From assembly GCF_009834535.1 (NCBI RefSeq), contig NC_045697.1, forward strand, positions 51,524,001 through 51,588,000: a DNA stretch of 64,000 bases, given 5' to 3'. Positions 38,590 to 50,569 of this stretch are shown one piece after another; position 1 is the first letter of the stretch; each line of letters begins with the position of its first letter. The position numbers were made by a program, and so were the translations under genes. A model generated the notes under the pieces. The model was not told the DNA's origin. It did no database searches and saw nothing but the letters and a program-made list of their open reading frames with translations. The stretch comes from Camelus ferus (taxonomy: Eukaryota).

Positions 38590-39330
38590 TTGATTTGGCA
38601 TTTATTTATTGAGCTCCTTCTATGTGTTCAGGATCCTGGGGATGGAGGGCTACAGTGAATAGACAAAGCATATGCTTTTATGTTTGTATTTGGACTTGAG
38701 AAATAGAAAATAAGTATGTAATTTCAGAGAGTAACAAGTGCTATGAAGAAAATGAAGCAGAGTAAGACAATCTGTGTGTGCTCTCTTAGAAAAGGTAGTT
38801 GAAAATGCTCCGAGAAAGTAATATTGGAGCAGCGAATGAATGATTAGAAAGAGTTAGCTATGCAAGGATATAGGGTTAAGAAACAGGAGTGAGTGTGACT
38901 TCTCCAAGACACAGCAAGAAAGCTACTGTGGAGGGTGCCTGGTGAGCAAGGGAGAGAGGGCAAGAAATGAAGCCAGACTGTAGGGAATGTTCTGAGTACA
39001 TGGGAAAGGCATCGGAAGATTTTAATTTGAGGAATGATGTGATTTAATTTAGGGTTTGAAGGATTACTTTGGCACATCTGTAAAGAATAAACTGCAGGGG
39101 GCAAAAGAGGATGCAGGAAGACCAGCTGGGAAACTGTTCCTGTCATCTGGGATGGGTGATGATGATGAAGTGGTGAGAATCGAAAAGACAACTGACTGGA
39201 TTTGATGATGGGCTGAACTGGGAAGAGGGGGAGAGAGAGAAGAATCAGAAACGACTTCTACATTTTTGGATTGAGCAATTGGATGAACGATTACTAGTAA
39301 TGGAAATAGTGAAGCCTGAGGAGGCGAGTT
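38590..39330 (-). mobile_element. L2 LINE (L2a-like)
   Basis: catttatttattgagctccttctatgtg...aagtgctatgaagaaaatgaagcagagtaa...ggattactttggc. Confidence 0.75.
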
Positions 39331-42094
39331 CTCCCAACAAAAACCAAGTAGCACATTAAATATTTTCTGGAAAAGGCAATGCATAAATATGCAAGAGAAC
39401 TGTATGAGTACTAAGCACAAATACATGTATATTCATATAAAGTAATTACAACACAGCCCCTCGCCCTAGAGAACTCATAGTCTAGTGGGGGACACACGTG
39501 TCAAAAAGTCATTAAAATTTATATCCAATGTGATAGAGATATGAACAAAGTGCGCGAGGAAGGAGATTTCAAGATTCTCTTTTCCTTATGATCAAGAGGT
39601 GGACAGACAGTTTTAACAATGAGCTCAACTGGTTGTCTCAGGAATGGCTAGCAGCATGACTTGTGAACTTAAAATAAAAACATTATTAACCATCATTCAC
39701 CTATTCTTTTGTGGGGAAAAGACTGGACTTCATTTAACCTTTACTCAGAGGTCTTACTTTCTCACATTTCAATCATCCCGGGAATTCTTTGGTAAATTAT
39801 CCCTTTACATCACATTATGGAAAGACTATGGAACATGAATGGAATTTATTTCAGTCTGTTTCTCTTTCCTCTAAAATTCTAATCTTGTTTTCACTCCCTT
39901 ATCTCTTTTCTGTCTCAACAGCAACCAAGACTTACCAAGTGTTTCTTAAGAGTCCATTATGAGCCAAGTACCTGTTTCTTTCCATATTTTCTTTACGTTT
40001 TGGCACTAGAAACTTTGAGTATGCTAAAATTTCCAGCTGTTACTTTAAAAGCATTCTTAGACTTCCTCTCTTCCTGACTCAAAGTTTTATCTTCTTCACC
40101 ATCTCCTATCGGTCTCTTTCACCTCGTTCTCCATTTCCCCCTTTTTGCTTAAGCCACCAATAACCTGACAATCTGCCATGTTTTTGGCTTCCTATGATTC
40201 CCCTTCTTCCCCCTACGCATGCTTCCTTCTTATTCTTATTTCTTATTCTTCAACTGGAGCTTCCATATCCTCTTAGTTACCATTTCTCTTTATTTTTTTA
40301 GGTGTTCCCTGTCCATATGACTTAATTCTTTTCTCTCTAACATTCTTTACTGCCTACCGTTTCTTCAGTAAATCCATATTAAAACAAATTTAATATATGA
40401 ACTTTTCACTTAACTTAAAATAGTTTGATAATGTTGATTAAAGTTGCTCCAAGCATCATCCTGAATGGCTAATCCTGCCAAAAATCCTGCATTTTTTCCC
40501 TTCTTGCTCACTGGGGTTTCCACTGATCTGTTTTCTTAAGAGAAAAAAAAATCTTACAAACATCTGATCTGTTTGTCTAACTTGCCTGGTTTTAATTGAG
40601 CAGAGACTGAGTAAAGACCATAATTAAGAATGACCCAATAGTACCAAATAAAAATCCAAATAAAAGGTTAACCAAATTAGATTTAGAGAAGATAATAAGA
40701 CATAAATGAGGATAAACCTGAAGAAAAACAATCAAAGAGTGAAGCACACTTCCAAAGTCCTTACTTTTCAAAAGATATTTAAGAGCCTCTTCTTGGAAAT
40801 TTTTGTCATTATAGATTCAGGAAGAATTGTACTTCTACTTTGAAACTGAACAAGTTTCCTTTTTTCCTATGCACTGCTAGAAAGACTGAAGTCTTATTCT
40901 TGGCCCAATTTAACTTTTCTTTCTTTTTTCCTTTGATCCACTATCCAGAAGACATTTTTTGGCACCAAAGCATTTTATTTCCTTAGCTACTGCCTATTTT
41001 TAATGTTTTATCTTGTTGCATAATATTTATCTATGTAAGCCACCCCAGTTGTTCCTGGTGAGAGATGGGATATAAACACCCTTTCTTAATGAACACCCTT
41101 TCCAACCATTTGGTGTCACTGTTCACCCTGTTTCTACCTCAGTCTTCACTGACTAGAATGTGAGCCATTTGGTTAGAAAAGCTGTCACATTTGGATCGGA
41201 GCAACCAGTCAGAGAGAAATTAAATTGTTTTTCTTTGTCTGCCTGCTGTTCCAAGTTTCTGCTGGCGTTGCCAGTCATTTGGAGGGAGAAGTGTTGGGCT
41301 TGTTCAGCTGTCAGTGAGTGTGAAGGAGGTTGAGTGGATCACTCCAGCCTCTCCTTTTTGCTGTGGAGTCAATAACCAAAGGCTGGATGGGCACTGGAGA
41401 GGGTCCACCAGCTCACCCTCAGAGGAAGAAGCTGATGCTTCTGAGGAAAGAAAGCTTTGTCACTGTTGTGAAGGTGATGGCATTGACATTATTTCCCACT
41501 TTGATGTCTCTGGCATTAAGAGTCTTTGCAGATGGAATAGCTCTAAGGAGACTATCCACTAAAGCTGAATTTGTCAGAAGGTGCATTCAGTCATCCAACA
41601 GGGGTGAGACGCTGAAATAGTAAGAATTTCTCTGTGTGAATCAGTCTCTTGAGATGGTCCTGGAGTGTTGGGTCAGATGCCTTCGTTCTTGCCTGAGGCG
41701 AATGATGGAGGAGATATTAGAGGTGTAGCTCTCAAGTGTGATAGGAATGAGAAAGGCATGGGTGGAGTGAATCCATGCTGGATTCAGAAAAGTTATGGAG
41801 GAAAAAACAGATCCTAGGGAGAATGGTGAAGGATATATAAACCCCAGAGCTCACTATAAAATGCAGAAAGCTAACCCGTGATGTTTAAATTCAGAGGCCA
41901 GTTTGTCAGACAGACAGTGTTAATACATATTTATTTTCACATCTGTAGCAGAAATCAATGACTCAACTGCTGAGGAATTGGTCTAGTGGCTTTAAAACTG
42001 TAACCCTTCCTATAAGAAAAGCATGTGTTAGAAACAACTATAGGAAGAAATTTCCCTTCCCCCATCATTGATGTTTATTTTATGATTGTGTTAC

Positions 42095-42280
42095 TATGCT
42101 AAGGACTTTGAGAGCATGATATTATTTACTACTTGTAATAAGTTTATTAGGGCAGCTCTGTTATCACCTCCATTTTCTGAATGAATTTCTTCATTGAAGC
42201 TGAGAAAGTTACTGAAGCAACTTGCTCAAGGTTACACAGCTGGAAAGCGGCACAGCCAGATTGAACCCAGACATTGCTCA
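42095..42280 (-). mobile_element. MIR SINE
   Basis: ttatcacctccatttt...caacttgctcaaggttacacagct...gattgaacccag. Confidence 0.7.
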
Positions 42281-42589
42281 AGTTATTTACTGTTATGCTA
42301 TATACATTTCATTCAGGAGATAGGTGCAAAAAAGGTAGAAAGTTAGCTTACCCTTAAATCTGTTAGTCATATACAGATTAAACATCTGAAAGGAATCACT
42401 GAGACATTGATACATTTCTAAGAAACAGATGAGACAAAGGAATAAAAACCCCCAGCTTAGAACTTTGTGAGACAATGTCAAAGGTAACTTCAACCGAAAA
42501 ACAGTTTTCATGCAGATGTTGGAGCTTAGTGCGTTACCATATGGTATTTACTGAGACCCACTCACATACTGGGCTCATCTTGCTTGCTC

Positions 42590-42790
42590 ATGTCTCATTG
42601 TTTTTAAAATAAACTTTATCACTTATTCATTTACTTCATTTCTCTGGATTTTATTTTTTATCTTTTTGAAATTAAGGACAATAACTCTACTTACCTTGTA
42701 AGGTTGTTGTGATGATTAAATGAGTTGATATATTAAAAGATGGTCCAGCACATAGTGAGTTCTCAAATGTTAGCTACCATCATTGTTAGC
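42590..42790 (+). mobile_element. MIR SINE
   Basis: cttaccttgtaaggttgttgtgatgattaaatgagttgata...cacatagtgagttctcaaatgttagcta. Confidence 0.7.
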
Positions 42791-43127
42791 ATCATCATCA
42801 TCTCACTTAATTCCTTTTATTTCTCACAAAATACTTACTATATGACAGGCAGTGTCCTAAGAACTTCATTAACTCAATACATGCTTATAACCTCCGTGGT
42901 GAGCATTGTTATGCCCATTTGATGAGCGAGGGCCCTGAGGCAGTGCTCAAACTCAGGCTGTTGGGCGCTGGGGTTGGTTTTCTCCACCATCACTCTAAGT
43001 TTCATACACACTGAAGCAATTGGTCCAAACTCAGACAGTTAACAAGGGCTAGAACTGGAATTTGGACCAGGATTTTTCCAGTATAATCTAGATTCTGCAT
43101 TTTGCAAGGGGTGTGATTTAGAGATTG

Positions 43128-43293
43128 ATAAAAGGGGTAGAGGAAACTTTGGGAGGTAATGGATATATCTATGGCCTTGATGGTGGTGATGGTTCCACAG
43201 GTTTATATTTATTCCCAAAATAATAAAATTGTATGCATTAAGTAATACAGAGATTTTAACATGTCAATCATACCTCAAAAGTGGTTAAAAAGA
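43128..43293 (+). mobile_element. L1 3' end fragment (L1MB/MC-like)
   Basis: gaggaaactttgggaggtaatggatat...atgtcaatcatacctcaaaag. Confidence 0.7.
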
Positions 43294-43299
43294 TACACG

Positions 43300-43760
43300 T
43301 ATTGTGATTTGGCACACTGAATTAATGGTGAAATCAAGGATAGATGTGGAGTGCTAGGGAAGGAGAGCCGATCTGGAGGAAAGATGAGGTCAGTTTCTAA
43401 TAAGGTGAACGTTGAATGTGAGGTTATAGCAGGTCATACAGATGGAAATGCCCATGGCCACTGATGCATAGAAAAGGGGTTGATGGGAAATAAGAACTGG
43501 AGATGGCAATTTGGGAATTACCTTCTCAGGAGACAGCTGAAGCTATAGCATTTATAAACTCACTGACTGAGAGAGTATGGAGAATATAAAGGGCAAAGGA
43601 CAGACCCTTGAGACATAAGAAAGGGCAGGAATGATGAAGAGGAGTTACCTAAGAAGACAGAAACAGTAGTTATAGAAAGAGAAGAGACCAGGAGAGTTTT
43701 AAATGCCGCAAAGAACTCAAGGTACAGGTAGGAGACCAGAAAGGCAAAAATCTGCTGCCA
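43300..43760 (-). mobile_element. L2 LINE fragment
   Basis: Purine-rich antisense L2 text (gatgaggtcagtttc, gttgaatgtgagg, ctggagatggcaatttgggaatt). Confidence 0.55.
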
Positions 43761-44279
43761 ATAATATCAAAAGAGCACTTTATGTAGAGTGGATGCAAAA
43801 GAAGTGCAGAAACCAAGTGCAAGAGAAACCAAGTGCAAAGGATTGAATGAATACAACACAAGGAAGCAGAGATAGGCTAATAGCTAGAATGGCCAGTGGG
43901 CTGGTCCGAGAACAAAGTGGCACCACTCAGTTCACACCTAGTCTCTGGGTACAAAAGACTGTGAGAGACAGAAATTGGTATTAGCTCGATGAGCAATTCC
44001 TTATGAAATATTGAAAAATAATTCATTTTTCTACACAGCACTTGGCTTTCAGCATGCAGCCTAACACCAGATGACACCTCAGTATCATTTCTTGAATATA
44101 AAGTGGAAAAATCTGTGCCCTCCGGTGTGAACACTTTATTTTCCTATCTCTCTTCACGTAAGAGATTTATTTTTGCTGTCAGTCAGAAGAGAACATTGTC
44201 CATTGGTAGGTAGCAGAGTTTGAAGCAAGGGAGAAAATGAAACATACTCTGTCACAAGGTTGCATTTGTATTAGGAAAA

Positions 44280-44379
44280 NNNNNNNNNNNNNNNNNNNNN
44301 NNNNNNNNNNNNNNNNNNNNNNNNNNNNNNNNNNNNNNNNNNNNNNNNNNNNNNNNNNNNNNNNNNNNNNNNNNNNNNN
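44280..44379. other. Assembly gap (100 N)
   Basis: Run of exactly 100 N, usually a placeholder for a gap of unknown size. Confidence 0.98.
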
Positions 44380-44487
44380 AGACTGCTCAGAGTTGGTTAA
44401 CCATTATTTTTATTTTGGCCATTTTTCTCAAGTATGCCCTCTTTCTTGAGGTCCTGTGATGCCTTTGCTTTTGATTTCTTGGCAGTA

Positions 44488-44670
44488 ACATAGTGTAGTA
44501 AAGAGAAAATTGGATCAGCGACTAGGAAACTCGAGTTTCCCTTCAGGTTTTGCTGTTACCAAGTAGGTGAACTTCAAGGGCATTACCTAACTCTCCTGAG
44601 TCTCAGGTATTTCATATGTAAAATGAGGATGTTGAAATAGATGGCTTTCCCAGAAATCAAATTCTGTGAG
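44488..44670 (+). mobile_element. MIR (MIR3-like) SINE
   Basis: ttacctaactctcctgagtctcaggtatttcatatgtaaaatgagg. Confidence 0.65.
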
Positions 44671-44965
44671 TGGGCATCATCTCACACTTCCTTTTGTTCC
44701 CACATTTTGTGCTCTGGCAAATTTTCTATTATTTAAAAAATGAGATGATAAAAGTAATACATACATCTTGGAAAACTACAGAAAGAGAAGATAATTTAAA
44801 TACCAAAATCATTCCTACCTCAACCAGGATTAACTACTGTTAACATTTGTTGTATTGGGTGCCAATGTTTTTCTTTTGCATGTGTGTTTATTTGACTTCC
44901 ATTTTATAAAAATATAAGCATAAGTAATTATAAATATATGTTGTATATTAAGAGAACTATATTTA

Positions 44966-45844
44966 AAGGAAACCATAAGCAAAACAAAAAGACAACCTAT
45001 GGAATGGGAGAAAATATTGGCAAAAGATGAACTGACAAGGGCTTGATTTCCAGAATATATAAAGAGCTCATATGACTAAATAAGAAAAAAACAAACAACC
45101 TAATCCAAAAATGGGCAGAAGAACTACACTGTTGGTAGGAATGCAGTTTGATGCAGCCATTGTGGAAAACAGTATGGCGTTTCCTCGAAAGACCAGGAAT
45201 AGACTTACCATATGACCCAGCAATCCTACTCCTGGGCATATATCCAGAGGGGACCCTAATCCAAAAAGACACCTGAACCCCAATGTTCATAGCAGCACAA
45301 TTTAGAATAGCCAAGACATGAAAACAGCCTAAATGTCCATCAACAGATGACTGAATAAAGAAGTTGTGGTATATTTATACAATGGAATACTACTTAGCCA
45401 TAAAAATGATAGAATAATGCCATTTGCAGCAACATGGATGTCCCTGGAGAATGTCATTCTAAGTGAAGTAAGCCAGAAAGAGAAAGAAAAATACCATATG
45501 ATATCATTCACACGTGGAATCTAAAAAAAAAGACAAATGAACTTATTTTTAAAACAGAAACAGACTCACAGACATAGAATACAGACTTGTGGTTGCCAGG
45601 GGAGGTGGGTGGGAAGGGATAAACTGAGAGTTCAAGATTTGCAGATACTGATTGGTATATATAAATAGATAAACAAGTTTATACTGTATAGCACAGGGAA
45701 ATATATTAAATATTTTGTACTAGATCATGGTGAAAAAGAATATGAAAAAGAATATATATATATATTCATGTATGAATGAAGAATTGTTCTGTACACCAGA
45801 AATGGACACTCCATTGTAAACTGACTATAACTCAATTAAAAAAA
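44966..45844 (+). mobile_element. Relatively young 5'-truncated cetartiodactyl L1 with an internal deletion, inserted into an older antisense L1ME remnant (~44720-46170)
   Basis: ORF2 C-terminus, 3'UTR and A-tail. Perfect 13-bp TSD agaactatattta (44953-44965 / 45845-45857). Confidence 0.9.
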
Positions 45845-46172
45845 AGAACTATATTTACAAAATATGTAATCATACTATATATATAGTTTTGTATGCTGTT
45901 TATTTCACTTCACATTACATTATGACTATGTTGTTTTGTATTCTTCAAAACTATTATTTTTAATGAATACAAAGTATATCCTTCTATCCAGTGTCTGGAC
46001 AGAAAAAAATCTAGTAAATTTTAGCTTTTATTATGATATTGCTATAAAATAAGTCATTAAAAATACTTTCTATTTAGAAACAGGTTATTCCAATTTTTGC
46101 TATTATAAATGATACTGTATTGAACTTACACATGAATGTTAGATAAACTTTCTGATTATTACTTTTGGAGAA

Positions 46173-46705
46173 TATATGAGTTATCTTTTGCTGCATAACA
46201 AATTATCCCAACATGTAATGTATTAAAACAGTTATAAATACTTACTATCCCGTAGTTTTTGTGTTTAGGAATTTGGAAGCAGCTTAGCTGGGTGGTTGTG
46301 GCTCAAGGTCTCTAATAATTAGATTACAATCAAGATGTCAGCTGGAGCTACAGTTATCTGAAGGCTTGACTAGGGTAGTAGGATTTGCTTCCAATGTGAC
46401 TCACCCTCATCACCAGGTAAGCTGATCTTGGCTGTTGACAGAAGCCTTAATTCTTCATTTAGTGGGCTTTTCCGTGAGCTGCTTGAGGGTCCTTACAGCA
46501 TGGAAGTTGGCTTGCCCAGAGCAAGTGACCTAAGAGAAAGTAAGGCAGAAGCCACAATGTTTTTTTATGATGTCATCTCAGAAATCATGATCCATAATTT
46601 TTTCAGTATCTCTTTTATTTCCCAAGTTACCCCATTTAATGTAGGAAGACGTGGGCATCAGGAGGTGAAAATCACTGAAGGCCATCTTGGAGGCTGGTGA
46701 ACACA
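46173..46705 (-). mobile_element. MaLR solo LTR (MLT1F/G-like)
   Basis: tgctgcataacaaattatcccaa...gtcagctggagctacagttatctgaaggcttgact...ggccatcttggaggctgg..caca. Confidence 0.8.
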
Positions 46706-47629
46706 GATAGATCCCTTGAAGTGCAGTTATGGAATTGTATTAACAAGAGACTTAGTAGAAAAAAATCACTTTTATTGATCATATTATTTAATATCTAGTT
46801 ATGCCAATGCAACTAAACATATGCAGTCTTACATTTCCAAGTTTTCTAATCTTCTTGGGTCACTTGACCTTTAATATTTAAAAAGAGTGGTTAAATCTCC
46901 TGTCCTCACAAAGATGTCATAAGAAACTTAGAATTCTCCCCTCACACCAACTCAAGGATTTTGAAAGTTTTACATTGTTCTGGTCACCTTTTCCTGTAAT
47001 TTTACAAATCCACTGAATTCTCAGTCTTTTCTCTGTATTTCTTTTCCTGATATTGCTGTCTTCTCAAACTGCTTTGTCTCACATATGATATGACCCTCAT
47101 TCCCATTTCAATTAAAGTGTTTCAAATGAAAGGCTGTTATATATTAAATATTTGGAGTAGTGAGGAGAATTATCATCCAGCATGATATAAAAAATAGTAA
47201 CTTTAATATCAGGCGTTGTTGTCCAACAATTTCATCAACTACTTCCCTCTCAAGACATTTCTTGCTGGTTATTTCCTTAGGCTCAGATTTAGAACTTCTT
47301 GTGTTTTTCCTTCCCTATTGCTGACTTACATTTCTTCTTTCTGTTTATTTTTGAGCCCCACCTTCAGTTTATCTGAAGTAAATAAATTTTGTTTTACTTC
47401 ATTATGCATAATAATTCAGCTCTCTCTCTGCTATACCATTTTCTTCCAGATTCTCCAGTGAGAAGCTGCACATTTAACACCCAAGAGACCCATAAATAAT
47501 TTTCCAAAGTAAAGAACTATCTTTCTTGATGCGAATTACACTGTTCCTCTAGTATGTTCAGTGATTTCAGTAATTTTCTCTTTTTTTACAAATAGAAATA
47601 TTACTTTATTTTTCTCCTTGTTTTTTTCC

Positions 47630-48275
47630 TATAACTTTTAAATTTTGATATAATTTCAGACCTACAGAAAAGCTGTAAGAATAGTAGAAAGAATTCCTAT
47701 ATATACTTCACTAAGTTTCTGCACATATTAACATTTTACCACATTTGCTTTATACTTCTCTTTCTGTGTGTGTGTGTGTGTGTGTGAAATTTTTTCTAAA
47801 CCATTTGAGGGTAAGATGGAGACAGGATGCCCTCTTATCCATAAATGCTTTAATGTGTATATCCTAAAATAATTTGCTTACATAACCCAAGTGCAATTAT
47901 CACAATTAGACAAATAACATTGATACACCATAATTGTCTAATCTATAGCCTTTATTCAGATTTTGCCAATTGGCCCAAGAACATCCGTTTTAGCAAAACA
48001 AAACCCAAGATCACGTGTTTCATTTGGGTGTCATGCCTCTTTGGTCTCTTCATTTCAAACAGTTCCTCAGTCTTTGTGTTTCTTGACATCGACACTTGTG
48101 AAGTGTGCAGGTCAGTTATGTTGTAGGACATCCTTTAGTTTGGGTTTGTCAATATTCTTCATGATTAGATTCAGGTTGTTTGCTTCTGTCAGGAAGTGAA
48201 TAAAGATGTGTTGTTCTCCATGGACCATATCAGGAGGTATATGGTGTTGATTTGTCCCACTGCTGGTGATGGGGG
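47630..48275 (-). mobile_element. L1MC4-like 3'UTR with a (TG)n tract at ~47765-47786
   Basis: ataatttcagacctacagaaaagctgtaagaatagt...catgattagattcaggtt. Confidence 0.75.
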
Positions 48276-48929
48276 ATTTGTTTTTAACTTGTTTTGATAT
48301 GGTTCTAAATGTTTATATGTAATGGCATGAAGCTTTTGGAATTTCTTCACAAAGTTACTATATTGTAGTCCTGTATTTTTAAAAAACAAAAAATTAAGAC
48401 TTGACTTGGGCATTTTTTCCTTTTTCTACCTATTGAAGACTATTCTAGATTTAGCTCAGATTCTCCCTCCTCCATGAGGTCTTCTTTGTTAGCCCATTCA
48501 GAAGTAATTTTTCCTAAGCTTAAATTTTATAATTACTGAACATAATGAACCTAGTATGAGGTCTGACATATTGTAAGTGCTCACTAAACATTAGTTTCTT
48601 TCTGCTTTTCTATGTCTCATCTGACATCTCACATTTATTGTATTTTAAATACTTTATTTGCATCATGCAATTTTAAATATGAAAGCAAAATCAATCATAA
48701 GCAAATCTTAGTTTATATGAAGAAATTGAGCAAATAAAGGTTATATTACTCCAGGACTAGTATCTGGAGTTCCTAGAATCTTAGAATTTTAAAACGGACA
48801 GATTTTTGCTTCTTGGGGATGCTATAGGGACAAAGTAGTATGTGTAGCAGTTGTAGATCTAGGTTCCTGCCAGCCAGGTCAACAAAGCTTCTCTGATTTT
48901 GTCTATTTTATATGTTGGGTTTCTATGTC

Positions 48930-50048
48930 AGAACTCTGCCATTTCATACTGTCTGAATTTCGATTGTGTTTTTATGTAGGTTAATTATGTTTCTTGACCT
49001 TGGAGAAGTGGCCCTCTGTAGGAGAGGTACTATGCATCCCAGCAGTGCACTCTTCTCTTGTCACCCAAGAACCAGGGTCCAGCCAGTAGCGGTGTAGAGT
49101 CTGGCCTGCATTTGCAAGTTCCTTCCACAGGCTTTGGGATTGTTGTTTTCTTACTTCTGGTGCCTGTCCCCTGGTGGGTGAGGCTGGACTAGAGGCTTAT
49201 GCATGTTTCCTGGCAGGAGGGGTTGGTGCCTGCCCAGTGCTGGGTGGAGGGTCCTGGCCCTCTGGTGGGTAGTGCCATGTCTAGGGGCATGTCTAGAGGT
49301 AGCTGTGGGCTTAGGAAGTCTGCTGACAGGTGGGGCTGTGTTCTCACCCTGTATGTTGTTTGGCCTGAGGCTTCTCAGCACTTAGGCCTACGGGCTATTT
49401 GGTGGGGCTAGGTCTTGGCGCTAATGACCCAATCAAGATGCCAGCCTCCAGGGAAGCTCATGTAGATGAACACAACCCAAATGTCAGCCACCAGCTTTTA
49501 CATCCCCAGGGTGAGCCACAGCCACCCCCTAACTCCCCAGGAGAACTTCCTAAACCAGCAGGTACGTCTAGCTCAGTTTCCTATGATATCACTGCCTCTG
49601 CCCTTGGTCCCAGCTCATGCAAAATTCTGTGTGCACTTCCCAAGAGAATGAAATCTCTGTTTTCCCCAGTCCCATAGAGCTGCTTCAGTTAAGCCACTCT
49701 GGCCTTCAAAATCAGATGTTCTGGGGTCTCCTCTTCCCAATGCCAGAACCCTGGCCTGGGGAGACTGATGTGGGGCTCAGAACTCTCACTCCTGTGGGAG
49801 GGCCTCTGCAACTTAATTATTCTTCAGTTTGTGGGTCACCCATCCAGGGGGTATGGGGCCCAATTTTATCACGAACATGCCTCTCCTACTGTCCTGTTGT
49901 GGTTCCCTCCTTTACTGTTTCCAGTGGAAGAAGATCATTTTTGCTAGGTTCCAGTCTTTTTTTTTTTTTTTTTTTTTTTTGATGGTTGTTTAGCAGTTAG
50001 TTTTGGTTTGTTGTAGTTGTGAGAGGAGGCAAGCTCGTGGTCCTACTA
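48930..50048 (-). mobile_element. Isolated L1 5'UTR segment
   Basis: GC-rich antisense L1 5'UTR text (cccctggtgggtgaggctgg, ctgatgtggggctcagaactctcactcctgtgggag, gtgagaggaggcaagctc). No adjoining ORF1/ORF2 of the same element. Confidence 0.7.
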
Positions 50049-50369
50049 GGGGTTTGTTCTTCCCTTGAGGTATTTCAACCCAAGGCTGAAAAAAGTACCA
50101 AGAACTCTTACAAAAACAAGGACTCAGCTGCTAAAAAGAAAACAAAAAATAGAAATATGAAAACAATTGTTTTATCCCTTATCAACCAATGCCAAACCCC
50201 TGCCAGAGGTTGTATAATCTATATTTTAGGTCCTAGAGATAAGGAACTTACTGACTACTCAGTCAGTGAAACTTTACTGGGCACTTTCCACATACCAAGC
50301 ATTTTGTAGGCATTGATCATACAAAGATGAACAAGACATAGATAAATACTGCTCTCATATAGCTGATAG

Positions 50370-50550
50370 ATTTAAAACTTAGAAAGCCCTTTTTAATATC
50401 AAGTTGAAGTCTACTTACTTGTAATTCTATCCTCAGGGTCCACAAAGAAAAGGCCAACTGCCTAATCTACATAAAACTCAAATTTACAAAGACAGGTTAA
50501 TATTATTTTTTCTTCTCCAGGGTAAAACTTCCAAAGCCCTTCAACTATTT
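50370..50550 (-). mobile_element. CR1/L3 fragment
   Basis: tcttctccagggtaaaacttccaaagcccttcaact resembles the antisense of the CR1 ELG.FSLEK region. Confidence 0.45.
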
Positions 50551-50569
50551 TTTGTGTGTCTATTTTTTT

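Noticed and set aside
42095..43075. Alternating-orientation MIR cluster as a potential dsRNA
   Set aside because: The copies are too diverged to support a stable duplex.
43801..43840. Short direct repeat agaaaccaagtgcaa x2 (similar pair aacactatttgta at 13827/13871)
   Set aside because: Only two copies, consistent with local slippage duplication; no CRISPR-like repeat-spacer array.
44237..44449. ORF spanning the N run
   Set aside because: Artefact of the assembly gap.
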